Origin: the human T2T-CHM13v2.0 reference genome, Homo sapiens
NCBI RefSeq assembly: GCF_009914755.1
Contig: NC_060925.1
Reading direction: 5' to 3' (one strand)
Length of the DNA: 64,000 nucleotides
Position 1 is the stretch's first letter. The number at the start of each line of letters is the position of its first letter. The position numbers and the translations under genes were made by a program. This document shows positions 40,946-53,696 of the stretch, piece by piece. Under the pieces are notes generated by a model. It was not told where the DNA came from, did not search any database, and worked only from the letters and a program-made list of their open reading frames with translations.

Positions 40946-42806
40946 GGCAAACTATCTCTACCCCTATCTCCAATGCAACATGCCATAGTGAAACAGGGCT
41001 GAAAAGCTTCAATAAAAACTTCCATGTGAAGGATGAAGAATGGGAATCACGATCTGCAGTGAATGTGAAATCCTACCTAACAAGGATATCAAGCCCCTCC
41101 TCGCCTTGAGTTTGCTGTCTGGAAGGCACTCCCTGGTCTACTGTTCTCTGTGCCATATCAGTATCTTCTGTGCTCATTAACATCGATGGCCATGCTTGCA
41201 AATGCTTAGATATCTTAAGAGAACCCTTGGACAGAATTTACTTTACAGAATTTGAAAAAATTTGAAAGTTTTTACTGAGTTTTTCCTGACCTTCTCTATT
41301 CTTGCATGTTGGGTAGGGGCTGTGGGTGAAGATAACTGGTCTTTTAATATCATAATTTTCTGGAACAGGAAGAGTTACATAGGACCTGATTGAGAAGATT
41401 GTATATCTTGAACGGGTGAAAATGAAGCTCTTTTGTGGGTGCTATAAAGCATATTAGCAGAGTACTGTTTCCCAAACTTTAACATCTGTAGTTGTGCATT
41501 GTCGCAATGCACATATGCCTCATAATTAGTTTGTATTTTGCTTTATCAAAACTGATAAGAACTGATGAAAAAATTAGACTGGCCTTAGGTTAAAAATGAC
41601 CATGAAATAAGAGCATCGATATGCAAGTTATAAATTATTTTAATATAGATTAAAATATGTATCATAACAGCAATTAAACATGTTATTATTTATCAACTAA
41701 GAATAGTCTTAGTTGTTTATAGCAACACTACCAACAGTAGCCAAGATATGGAATCAAATAAAGACTCAGACTACTCTTAGTTGATAAATAATAACATGTT
41801 AATTGCTATAGTCTACATAAGAACTGATGCCTGCTAATGGACAATATTCTGGACAAATACTATTCCTATTCTCGAAAGACATTTATACACGACTTTAACC
41901 GTTATGTGGTAACTCTTCCTCTGTAGGGCAGAAGCTCTCAAAAATAGAAATATCTGAAGATTGTAGGAACATTTGGGCACTTGAAGAGACATTCTGTAGT
42001 GTACTTTACTTTGAGCTAATTGCTTCTGCAGACTACGGAGCTCAAAGTAGAATCCATAGGAGAGATATCATTGAATATTCCCTGTGCTAGGCAGATACCG
42101 CAGAACCCTCAGCCTCTAGACTAAAACCCCATAATTCTTCCCTATCCCTTTTACTCCTTCACTCATTCCTGCCTCTCCACTCTGGCCTCTGTACACGCTG
42201 GGCATGCTTCTGACTTCAGGTTGTTTTATTAGAAATTCTCTTTACCTAAATATTTATTTTTCCAGACATCCATATGTCTCAACTCCCTCACCTCTTTCTT
42301 TCTCTGCCAAAATGTCAGCTTCTCAATGAGGCCTAACTTGGCAGTACATTCAAGTCATAACAACCCAGTCCACCCATTCTCATTCTTGCAATTACTCACA
42401 CTACTTTATTTTCCATAGCAGTAATATATATTTTTTGCTTTATAATTCTATGTATTATTTATTGCCGTTCAACCTCCAATCATTGCCACTAACATGTAAG
42501 CTCCAGGAGGAAAGGGAATGTCATTTTCCTTCACTCATGTGTTCCAATTAGTGGGACACTGTGGGTATACAGAAAATTTTATGAATGAACACATTAAAGA
42601 GAGAGCTTCATTGACCTAAAATTAAAGAATTCTCTAATTGTCCAGTTGCTACAATCATTCAAACTGCCAGGTGAAGTGGGACCTCCAGTCCTGAGCCTTT
42701 GCCCCAGTGTAGCAACACGGCCGCCTGATCCTTTTAGGAATTCCAGAGGGTTTTTTTGTCAGGTGGGAAATCACCGCCCAGCCTAGTATAGGCTATTCCA
42801 CTTCTT

Positions 42807-43975
42807 TATAACTGGGGCTGCCTGACCGTATAACTGGATATTCTTCATAGCTACCACTCTTAAAATCAGATTCCAGATCCGCATTAGAGAAGCAAGTAAG
42901 TCAGAACTCTTGGTATTCATGTCTTTTTAAATTTTATTTTTATTATTTTTGTTTGTTTGTTTGTTTGCTTTTTGAGACCAAGTTTTGCTCTGTCACTCAG
43001 ACTGGAGTGCAGTGGCACAATCTCTGCTCACTGCAACCTCCAACTCCAGGGCTCCCACCTCAGCCTGCCATGTAGCTGAGATTACAAGCATGTGCCACCG
43101 CACAAAATACAAAAATTAAAAAAAAAATTATATTTTTAGTAAAGATGCAGTTTCACCATGTTGCCCAGGCTGGTCTCGAACTCCCGGCCTCAAATGATTC
43201 ACCCGCCTTGGCCACTGAAGTGCTGGGATTATAGGTGTGAGCCACCACACCCAGCCCATGTCTTTCTTTTTTCTCAAGAAAATATACAAAAAATGTCAGA
43301 ATATGAGATAAGAAAGTTCTCCTATGGCAGCATCTGGATCATTTTCTAGACCACTTTAGTTTCATGGTACGTAATGATGATAATTCTTCTGAACACAATT
43401 CAGAATTTGAACCAACATTTATTGTTTCAGGAAAGCAGAATTTCCTTTGAATGATGGATAAGAATGGTGAAAAAAATGAAAATGGTGAAAAAAAAAAACG
43501 CCAAATAAGAAGTCAGAAGCCATTTATTGTCATAATTGTAGATTTAGATGATTAGAGACTATCCTCTTAGATTAGAGAATTTCCCAGCATTATACGAGCA
43601 TTGATTTATCTTACTTCTACTAACGCCTTCACCTATTTCCTTTAGACTCACCTGAGTTTGAGTAAAAGCAAGGGCAGCGCAGCCTTTTCCACTGCCACCT
43701 GTAATTCTACCTGCAAGGTCCCCTCCAATGCTTAGAGACATGGACCCGAAGTGCCCAGTACCTTACACACCTCCATGGAGCTCACCTTGCCAGTGTCAGG
43801 ACTTGTTCATTCAGCATCCACCTATGGAGTGCCCGACTCTGAAAAGCCCACCTCCCCAAACTGTCTGCCGCACAGTATTCACCCAGCAGTACCCACCACC
43901 CACCGCCACAGTGCCAGCCAGTGGGAAGGCGCTTCTGTCTGCCTAGCAGCCCTCCAAAACGCAAGAAAAGCCTCA
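42807..43975 (+). pseudogene. Putative decayed SPRR4-like gene (exon 1 ending 42895; exon 2 from 43646)
   Basis: Donor GTAAGTcAGAACTC (42896) vs SPRR4 GTAAGTgAGAACTC. Acceptor tttcctttAGactcacctg (43644-43645) vs SPRR4 tttcctttAGgctcacctg. Pro/Cys-rich ORF 43728-43946 whose read-through ...QYPP...VPASGK..SA*QPSKTQEK resembles SPRR4 QCPP...IPAQQK..SAQQASKSKQK. Confidence 0.65.
42930..43256 (-). mobile_element. AluS SINE with an internal deletion and rearranged linker, inside the intron of the putative SPRR relic
   Basis: Antisense Alu with (GTTT)n tail; catgtcttt on both flanks. Confidence 0.88.
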
Positions 43976-44354
43976 AAACTTGCAGGACCAAAACACAACA
44001 CACAGAAATGGTGCTTTCCTTTGGGCGAGTTCCAAATGAACACATTTTCTTCAAAGCCTGTTATGGCTTGAGGTGACATCATCCTTAGGTTACGATAGTT
44101 GGATTTTTATATCTTCCTCTGCATCCAATCTGTTGCATTATGTTATTTTGGCTGAAGTATACAAAGAAAATCTGGTCTCATAAAGATGTAGTTTGCAAAA
44201 TGGATTAATAACTTTTTACATAATTATGGATATTCTTTGACACCATGCCAAATTCAGCAAGTAGTACATACTTTCTTAAAGATTAGTTGCAACATGGAAT
44301 CTCAAACCACATTAACTAATTGTTCATATTCTGTTACATTAAAATCCATTTGTC

Positions 44355-46650
44355 AGAAAATAAAAAATAAAATAATCTCTACAGAAAATGTGATTTTCTA
44401 TGTAGACAATGCCAAGAGATTGTCTAACATCTTAGAACTAAGAAGTAAGTTCAGCATGTCACAGTATACAAGATTAACACACAAAAAAATTGCATTTCTA
44501 CATGCATACGATGAAGTAAAAACTGAAAAAAATGCTTATTTAAAATTTCTCTATAGAAAGTTAAACACTATACATTTTAAAATACGTACAAGAGTTATAT
44601 GGTGAATATAAACTCAATGGGTAAAAGAAAGTGAAGAACACCTAATTGGAGAGACCACTGTGCTTATCTGTTAGATGATTCAACATGGTAAAGATGTCAA
44701 TGCTTTTAAAATTGATCTATAGCTTTAATACAATTCTTATGAAAAATTAAAATGGCCTAGAATAGCCAAAACATTAAAAGCAAGAATAGAATAGATTCAT
44801 TCTTTCCAATATTAAGGATTACTCTATACCTCCATTAATCAAGGTGGCACAGCACTAGGGAAAGGACAGACACACAGATCAATGGAGCAGAAAATATACA
44901 CTCTGAAATCCACACAAATGTTCCAATTATTTTTTTAATACAAGGTTAAAGCAATACAATGAAGGAGAGGCCACTTTTTCAATAAATAAATGGTGTTAGA
45001 ACAATTGGACTGCCATAGGTAAAATATTTAACTTCAATCTAAACATTACTCCTTACACAAAAATTAACTCAAAATGGACAATGGGCTTAATTAAAAACAT
45101 GAAACTATATTTTTTACAAACAGGAAAAATCTTTGAGACTTAGGACTAAGTAAAGACTTTTTAGACTTGGCACCAAAAGCACAATTCCAAAAAGAAAAAA
45201 AAAATGATAAGTTGGAATCCATCAAAATTAAATAATTTCTGCTTTGTAAAAGACCCTGTTAAGACAATAGAAAGACAAATTATAGACAGGTAGAAAATAT
45301 TTCCAGATCACTTATTCAACAAAGGACTTATATACAGAATACATAAAATGCCCTCAAAACTTAACAATAAAAAATCCCATTAGAAAATGTACGAATGTCA
45401 TGAGCAGACATTTCATGGAAGACATACAGATGGCATATAAACACACAGAAAGACATTCAACATCCTCAGCCATTAAAAATCATACATTACAACCACAACG
45501 ATGCATCATTATGGTGAGGACATGAAAAACTGAATCTTTCAGACATTGCTTGTGGGATGTAAAATAGTACAACCTCTCTGGAAAATAATTTTGTAGTTTC
45601 TTTTAAAATTATGGTGGACTTAGTATGGGACCCATTAATTATACTCTTGGGCATATATCTCAAAGAAATAAAATTTATTTATTTCCAGATACAAGATTGC
45701 ACATGAATGTCTAAAGCAGCTTTATTAGAAATAACCCAAAACCAGGCCAGGCATAATGGTTCATGCCTATAAATCCAACACTTTAGGAGGCGTAGGTGGG
45801 AGGATCATTTGAGCCCAGGAGTTTGAGACCAGCCTGGGCAACATAATGAGATCTCATCTCTATGAAAAATAAAAAAATTAGCCGGGCTTAGTGGTACACA
45901 CATGTGGTCCCAGCTACTCAGGAGTCTGTGACAAGAAGCTCATTTGAGCCCAGAAGGTCTGCAGTAAGCTATGATCACACCATGGCACCTCCAGCCTGGG
46001 TGACAGAGTGAGACCCTGCCAAAAAGAAAAGAAAAAGAAAGAAATAATTGGAAACTGGAATCTTGCCAAATGTTCTTCAAAGGAGAAATGGTTAAACAAA
46101 CTGTGGTACATCCATACCATGGAATACTATTTAACAACAAAAAAGAACAAACTATTGATAGAAATGATTGCCTGAATAAACCTTAAGAAAATTATACTGA
46201 GTGGAGAAAAACACCAATTTCAAAAAGATACAAACTGCAAGATTCCATGTATGTAATATTCATGAAATAACATAATTGTAGAAATGACAAACAGATTATT
46301 AGTTACTAGTGGTTCGAGATACAGGGGGAGAAGGGAGAGTGTGGCTGTAAAAGGGTAAATGAGGGAGTCTAGAGGTGATGATAAGGTCTTGTCTCTTGAT
46401 GAAGGTGGTGGTTACACAAAGCTACATATGTGATAAAATTTCACAGAGCCATACACACACACACACAAATGAGTGCATATATAACCGGTGAAATCTGAGT
46501 TAGCTCAATGGATTGTACCAGTATTAATTTTCTGGGTTTGATGTTGTTCTACACTTATGCAAGATGTTAACACTGGAGTAGGCTGGGTGAAGGTGTACAT
46601 TTCTTGTATGTTCTTGTGAATCTACAATTACTTCAAAATTAAAAGTAAAT
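44355..46650 (+). mobile_element. L1MD-like old LINE-1 (interrupted by AluJ)
   Basis: Degenerate ORF2 3' half and L1MD-type 3'UTR (gtggttacacaaagctacatatgtgataaaattt...gaatctacaattacttcaaaattaaaag). Confidence 0.7.
45745..46045 (+). mobile_element. AluJ SINE
   Basis: ggaggatcatttgagcccaggagtttgagaccagcctgggcaacata, J-type. Confidence 0.88.
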
Positions 46651-47122
46651 ACTTATAGCAACAGATTGAATGCAGAAACTAACATGAGAATCTAGCAAAA
46701 TATTGATGAGATATGCAAAAATGGAAAACAATTGAATAAATTGATTACAAAGTATTAGAGGAAGTATTACATGTGGAAATGATATAAAACTTCAAAATAA
46801 AATTTTTACATTTTAAATTAATTGCTCATATTGCACTCTTACCTATCATCTGTACCTAATTTGGTAGCATCACAAATTGGTCATTTTGAAAATATTGGTT
46901 CACTGAGTTATATAGATCTTACAAATGTTGACACATTTCTTTATACAATAGGAAAAGATCGCATTCATTAATCCACCACCAATCTCATGAGAAAATTAAT
47001 TCCATATTGGGAAGCTGTGAAACTGGTAATGAACTAATTGATACATTGCAATGAACTAATTGAGTTTTTCAATATTATAACTTTTGTGTAAAAGTTCACA
47101 TTACCTCACTGGCAATAAATAC

Positions 47123-47848
<726 letters not shown>

Positions 47849-48601
47849 ACAAATACTGTCTGTTGTTTTCCTTGAAGTGAAAGGCTCATTCAGTTCGTTT
47901 TCAAGGAAATGTCTGCCAAATACCCAAGTCTGAGTAAACACAGTTTGCCTGGCAGTTGTTCTTTCAAGTAAAATTTTGTTTGATAAAAAACAGCTAGTTC
48001 AGATCAAAATTCAGTCTCACAAATGCTTTTTCTAGAGACAGCCATTGTACTTTGAAATGCAGCAAAATAACTTTATGTGTGTTTCCCATTTGATAACAAA
48101 TAATTTCTAAAGGGTGAAGATTTTTTTAATGACTTTTATTCAAACAGGAAGATTGAACAGGGCAAGTGATCTGCACAGTGAGGGTCTCTATGGTTCTCAG
48201 ATTCAATATTTTTTTGAAGCTGCCATGCCTATTTGAGGATATGAGCTTTTTTGTAAATATCAGATTTCTGCATTCAAAAATGACAGACAAATAACCGGTT
48301 CTTAATATCTGTGAGGACAGGGCATGCAAGTAGATAATAAGATGAACTTTTTTCTCTTTGTAATTTGGTCTTATTTCTCAAATCCTCAGTAGTCATTTTA
48401 GTCCTCCTTCGAACTAATCCTTCTATAGAGTAATACAGCCTGGCAGGATACTTTATTGAGACAGTAATTGTATAGTTTCTAGGTGTTCCCCATCTCAAGA
48501 TTTTGTATGTTACCTTGCCTCAGGGTCCAGTGTGGCTGGGCCAACAATGGGAATTGGCTTCATTCTACAAATCTAGACACACTGATACTGTTATGCTAGA
48601 T

Positions 48602-48830
48602 CAGTGTTTCTCAAAGTGTGGTCTGCAGGCTTTCAGGGATGCTTGAGATCCTATCAGGGAGGCTGTGATGTCAAGACTGATAACAAGATAACAATAAGAC
48701 CGTCTGTCTTTTTACTTCGCTCATATAGCACAGATGGCTCCATAAAAACGTGGGAAAGGAGTCAAATATCTGGCACTTTAGCAAGAACCAAGACAGTAAC
48801 ATGAAACTGTACTAGTAAACAATGCAGGGC
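48602..48830 (+). mobile_element. Charlie1-type terminal fragment
   Basis: Terminus cagtgtttctcaaagtgtggtc, then gcactttagcaagaaccaagacagt...aaactgtactagt. Confidence 0.6.
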
Positions 48831-48903
48831 GTTATTTTATCTACATCTGATTTACAAGTCCTACGGAGCAAGCAGTGCAGGAAGCATTCAAGTTATTGGT
48901 ACA

Positions 48904-49180
48904 GGCCGGGTGCAGTGGCTCACACCTGTAATCCCAGCAGTTTGGGAGCCTGAGGCAGGTAGATCAGTTGAGGTCAGGAGTTCAAGACCAGCCTGGCAAA
49001 CATGGCAAAACCCCATCTCTACTAAAAATACAAAAATTAGCTGGACATGGTGGCAGACGCATGTAATCCCAGCTACTCGAGAGGCTGAGGCATGAGAATC
49101 ACTAGAACCCAGGAGGCAGAGGCTGCAGTGAGCAAAGATCATGCCACTGTACTCCAGTGAGACTCTGCCTCAAAAAAAAA
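48904..49180 (+). mobile_element. AluS SINE
   Basis: Full dimer with a small 3' deletion; TSD-like aagttattggtaca / aagttatttgtata. Confidence 0.9.
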
Positions 49181-49924
49181 AGTTATTTGTATAATCCACT
49201 TTGTTATCAGATGTTGTTCAATTTCCACTGACATCTGAAACATGGAATCCTGGTGGACACATCACCTTGTGACAGCTGTGCATCCATCATTGCGGGGCAG
49301 CCATGCGCTGGTGATCAGAATCCTGCTGGGTGGTGGGAGCCGTTTTCACTAAGAACAGTAGGAAGATTCTGATGGTAACAGAGATAGTGATATTAGACCG
49401 CAGAGCATGCTTCAGAGACAGAGAACCAAGGCCTAGCTCCCTGAGCCAGCCTCATGCCTGGGGCATCTGCACATAACCCAGACCTAAAGTTGCCAGTGCA
49501 CTTACCTCCTTTAAATCATGATGTTAACTTGCACTACTTTTACCAGGCCGGTTCCAGGGTTTTAAACTCCACAAAAATAAATCAGGATCAGAAAATCCTG
49601 TTCAGAGGAATATACATAAATGTCTGATAACAGGATCTACACCAGAGTTCCAGTTGCTCAGAGTGGCCACACTGTTCTTCCACAATCCAGATTCCAAATA
49701 TCTATTAATACATTTACACTTAAATATTTACATATGACTAGTGCCTACTTTATTGGACGGCTCAGTTCCACAGTCTCCAAAGACAGGCCTTACATCAGTT
49801 CCAAATTTCCTATATTAACCCACCAGATGATTCCTCTGACCTTGGCCTAGGCACCGATTTCCATCACTGGGCAATGTTTTTCTCTTTCTGTATCTTAAAT
49901 GGAGCATGTATTTCATTATATACC

Positions 49925-50438
49925 CTAGCTTGTGTTCCCCCAAAACTGAGCCTAAGACAATATCTTATGTGAAGCTAGTTTCTTTGAGAATGTAATCATA
50001 GAAAAGAGGAATGTGAAATAAACAGGGGTGAAGCTAGGCAAAAGGAAAAATCAATATATACAAAGAATATGTTACTAAGTAGGCAACCAGGAAGGGTGAC
50101 TGGAACTTGATCCCCAGGATCTCAGCTGACAGAGAACTATGTCACAGAAGGGTTTCCCCTAGAAATGAAAGAGGAAAGCATTATCTACCAGTTCATGTCC
50201 TCCATTGGTGGAGTGTGGCCACTGGATGCTAACACTGAACTTCAAGCTTGCATATCCACAAGTGCATTACAGATTCCTACAGACAGCTCACGCTGGGGCA
50301 TCAGAGGCCCTCAGGTGAGGAAAGAAGAGGCAGAACTCTAGGCAATGTGTGTGAGTGGTCCACATAGCCATGGTAGAAAACAAGAGCAAGATCCAGAAGA
50401 TTTGGAGAGTGCCTAAGAGGCACCCAGTACCATCCACA
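49925..50438 (-). mobile_element. LTR16-family (ERVL) LTR remnant
   Basis: gttcccccaaaactgagcctaagacaa...gggtgactggaacttgatccc...cagaggccctcagg...catccacaca; degenerate match from recall. Confidence 0.45.
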
Positions 50439-51239
50439 CACAAGTCCCAAGAAAGTCCCAGGACAGTGCAGTTGGATGACTCACAGCCTCCTGCCACCAG
50501 AGAAGGGAGCCAGTGGGAAAGACTAAGGTACCTGGGGAAGTGGGACTCGCCTTCAGAAGCCACTCAATGTATCCTCTCTAAAACTGAGGCCAGACTTACC
50601 AGCACACCCAACACTGCTCATGAGAAAACAAAGCTTCTCTGAAAGAGGCTTAACGTTCAGGCGCTGAGTGTGTTTGACTAAACAGGAATAACAGGGTTGG
50701 GGTAAAACGAGAACTTCAATAAGCTGATGGCAGAGAAGCTTTTGTTGGGGTGAATGAGGCAAGAGTTAGAGAAGGGCAGGAGAGAGCCCGCCCAGGGAAG
50801 GGACACAGGAAATCAGAAAGGAATTTCCTCTAGAACCAAGGTGCAGAATCGAGGAAGAAAATGAGGGAGACCAGGATTCATAGAGAAGCTGCCTTCCTCT
50901 GGGGAGGAAAATCCCAGGTGGAGCAGCAGGGTCTAGCCGAAGCCCCCAGGGTCTGTGGCTCCTGAGAGGTGGATTTGCTGAGGAGAGAAACCTGGACCCA
51001 ACCCTGAAAAAGAGCTAATGTGATGACAGAGCCCAGAGTTTAGGCATGGCAGTGGCCCTGGCCCATCCCAGAGGGAAGTGGCCGGTCAAACAAATGCTAG
51101 CAGAGAGGGAAGGACATGGGTGTGGAAGGGAGGGTAAGCCTCTTCTCCTTCATGAATTATCAGCTCACACCTCTTCTCAGCTCACACCAGGAGGCCTGGC
51201 ACAGGACAGTGAATCATGCCCAAGAAACTGCCTTGTGGC

Positions 51240-51440
51240 TTCCTGCCTTCCTCCCTCCCTCCCTATCTTTCCTCTTTTCTTTTCTCTTTTCTTTTCTTTT
51301 CCTTTCCTTCCCCTCCCCTTCCTTTCTTCCTTTCTTTCTTTCTTTTTCTTTCTTTCTTTCCTTCTCTCTCTCTCTTTCTTTCTTTCTTTCCTTTCTTCTT
51401 TATCTATCTCTGTTTCTTTCTCACTTCCTTTCTCCCTTCC
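51240..51440. repeat. Polypyrimidine (CT/CTTT-rich) low-complexity tract about 1 kb upstream of SPRR3
   Basis: Direct reading of the sequence. Confidence 0.93.
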
Positions 51441-52249
51441 ATGAACCTACAGCTCTATTCAGGAGAACAATGACTGTCCATTGACTTAACACCCATGATA
51501 ACCAGGCACTGTGTGACGCTGAAGTAGAACAAGGGGCTTTCAGAACCTGGTGGAAGGAGCTGGGCATCAGGTTCAAGGGAGTAACACAGTCGTGGAACAT
51601 TGGGAAAGGAGGAGCTATTCACATGCCTGAGATGTAAGGATGTCTGGATTTTCCAAGGGCCGCATCTAGTAAGAGAGTGTGTATTGAGGGCAACTCTGAG
51701 TTAGTGACTTGAGGTTCATCCTGTAGTGATCAGAGGAAATGGCTGGTGTATGAACCTAGGGAATCAGCACTCTCCTCTTCCTATGTCACTCCTGGAGAAG
51801 AAAGATACCACAAGAGGCAGGGTCTTCAGGGCTGAGCCACAATGTCACACAGATCCAGTCAATCCTGCCTGTCCATCTCAATGACATCTGCTATCCCTGA
51901 TCAACACGGCACCTTAAGGCGCCCTTCACAGTGAAAGCAACTTATTTCCAAAGCAGGCATTTTGCCTTCCATTGCCCCTCCCAGGTCCAAATCCAGTAAG
52001 AGACTGAAAATCAGATGATTCACTTATTCTGCACCATCCCCATGGCCTCGCAGAACCAGAAATGCCTATTGTTATTTCCATGTCCACTTCAACCATGAGG
52101 AAGCCCAATAGGACTAATCTGGCTAAAGATTAGGGCCCAGGCCAAGAGGCCTGGCTCGTTCTAGTCCTAGGAGCATGGTACTTCCTCCTAATTTAATCCA
52201 TTGCCATTCAAGAAGACCTTTGCCCACAGCAACCACACCACAAAGGGTG

Positions 52250-52469
52250 GACAGTGAGTCAGACCCAGGTGACATCACTGTCAGAGCTTAAGTGACAAAA
52301 AATGTTAAGCCAGAGATATTTATCACAAAAGCTGGAATGAAGTTAGAGCAGTCTTTTAAAAAATCCAATTTTCTTAAGGCAGGGCTCATTTTCTATATAA
52401 ATACCAGCTAACAAGAGACTCTTCACCAGATCCCAGAGGCTGAACAGCTCGACTTTCTCTGCACAGCAG
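52250..52469 (+). promoter_or_regulatory. SPRR3: SPRR3 promoter and non-coding exon 1
   Basis: AP-1 TGAGTCA at 52255-52261, TGACATCA at 52270-52277, aggcagggctcatt block shared with SPRR1A, TATATAAA at 52394-52401, donor cag|GTGAGT at 52469/52470. Confidence 0.9.
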
Positions 52470-53278
52470 GTGAGTCTCCGCATTGGGAACACCTTAATAT
52501 TCTCCAATAGTTTCTTTATTTTGATTGAGATCTCTTTGCTATGCAATGAATATATTTATTTTAAATGCAATAACGACTTTTGTTTAAGGTGACCTTATAC
52601 ATATTTTGACTTTCCACTCAGATTACAGGTGTGGAACTTAGGATCAGAAAAGGCGAGTGATTTCTGTAAAGGCTTGCTAAGTTAGCAAGACAATATACCC
52701 ACTTCAAGAGCACTCTCCTGTCAACATGTATTGAAAATTTTTAATATAGAAGGCACTACATTGGCAATTTTGATGATCAAAAGATAAGTTTTTCTTTATT
52801 GCATGAATGTATAATCCATTAGAAAACATATACTTGACTAAAATTTGCAAACATACAGCATGGGGAGTGATTAGCAGAGAGGGAAAGCAAGTATCATGCT
52901 GTGGCAAAACGAGGAAGGTGAGAGCATCAGGGAGGACAGCCATGAGAGGTGGGCATGTGTGGGGAGGCAGCGATGATGTGGAGAGCCTGCCAGAGAGCAT
53001 GTGCAGCAGGCACAGTGTGAACAGAGGCTCCCAGGTGGATTGTGGGAGCCTTAGGGGGAAGTTTAGATAAGAGTTCTCCTGGGAGAACTATCGCACTCTA
53101 TAAGGAGGACATGAGTGAGTAGATTCTAGACTGCTGACCTTAAAATCTTTCCAACTTATGGAAAAACTGAGGTGTCACATCAATCTTCAGCCAATGACAC
53201 ACAGCCAAGAGTGGTATTAAAAGTGATTTAATCAGGGCAGAGCAAGAAACATGCATTTCTTTTCACTCAATTCCTCAG

Positions 53279-53362
53279 ATGAACCCTGAGCAGCTGAAGA
53301 CCAGAAAAGCCACTATGACTTTCTGCTTAATTCAGGAGCTTACAGGATTCTTCAAAGAGTGT
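53279..53362 (+). other. SPRR3: SPRR3 optional middle 5'UTR exon (84 bp)
   Basis: Polypyrimidine acceptor tttcttttcactcaattcctcAG at 53277-53278 and donor tgt|GTAAGC at 53362/53363. Agrees with the three-exon SPRR3 transcript as recalled. Confidence 0.75.
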
Positions 53363-53696
53363 GTAAGCGAAAGCTTCAGAGTATATATTTGCATATTTGT
53401 ATGTGTTTTCATGTTGTACGTAGGTTTTTAGATGTACCAGAAAGAAAAGAAGCATAAAGAAAGGCTCCATTTACACAATGTGGAAGAAATCAACTTTACC
53501 TTATTCTCTGGAAGATAAGTGGGGATCACCAAAGCATCCCATGATCTCAAATTCAGGGAAAAAGAAAGAAAAGAGAGGCTCTCAGTTCTGAAGGAGAATG
53601 AAATGACAGATATTTGTCATTAAACTGGGCTTCATTCCTACTTAATCAAAGCACTGAATTAGCTGTTTTGTCTCTAGGTCCAGCATCCTTTGAAAC

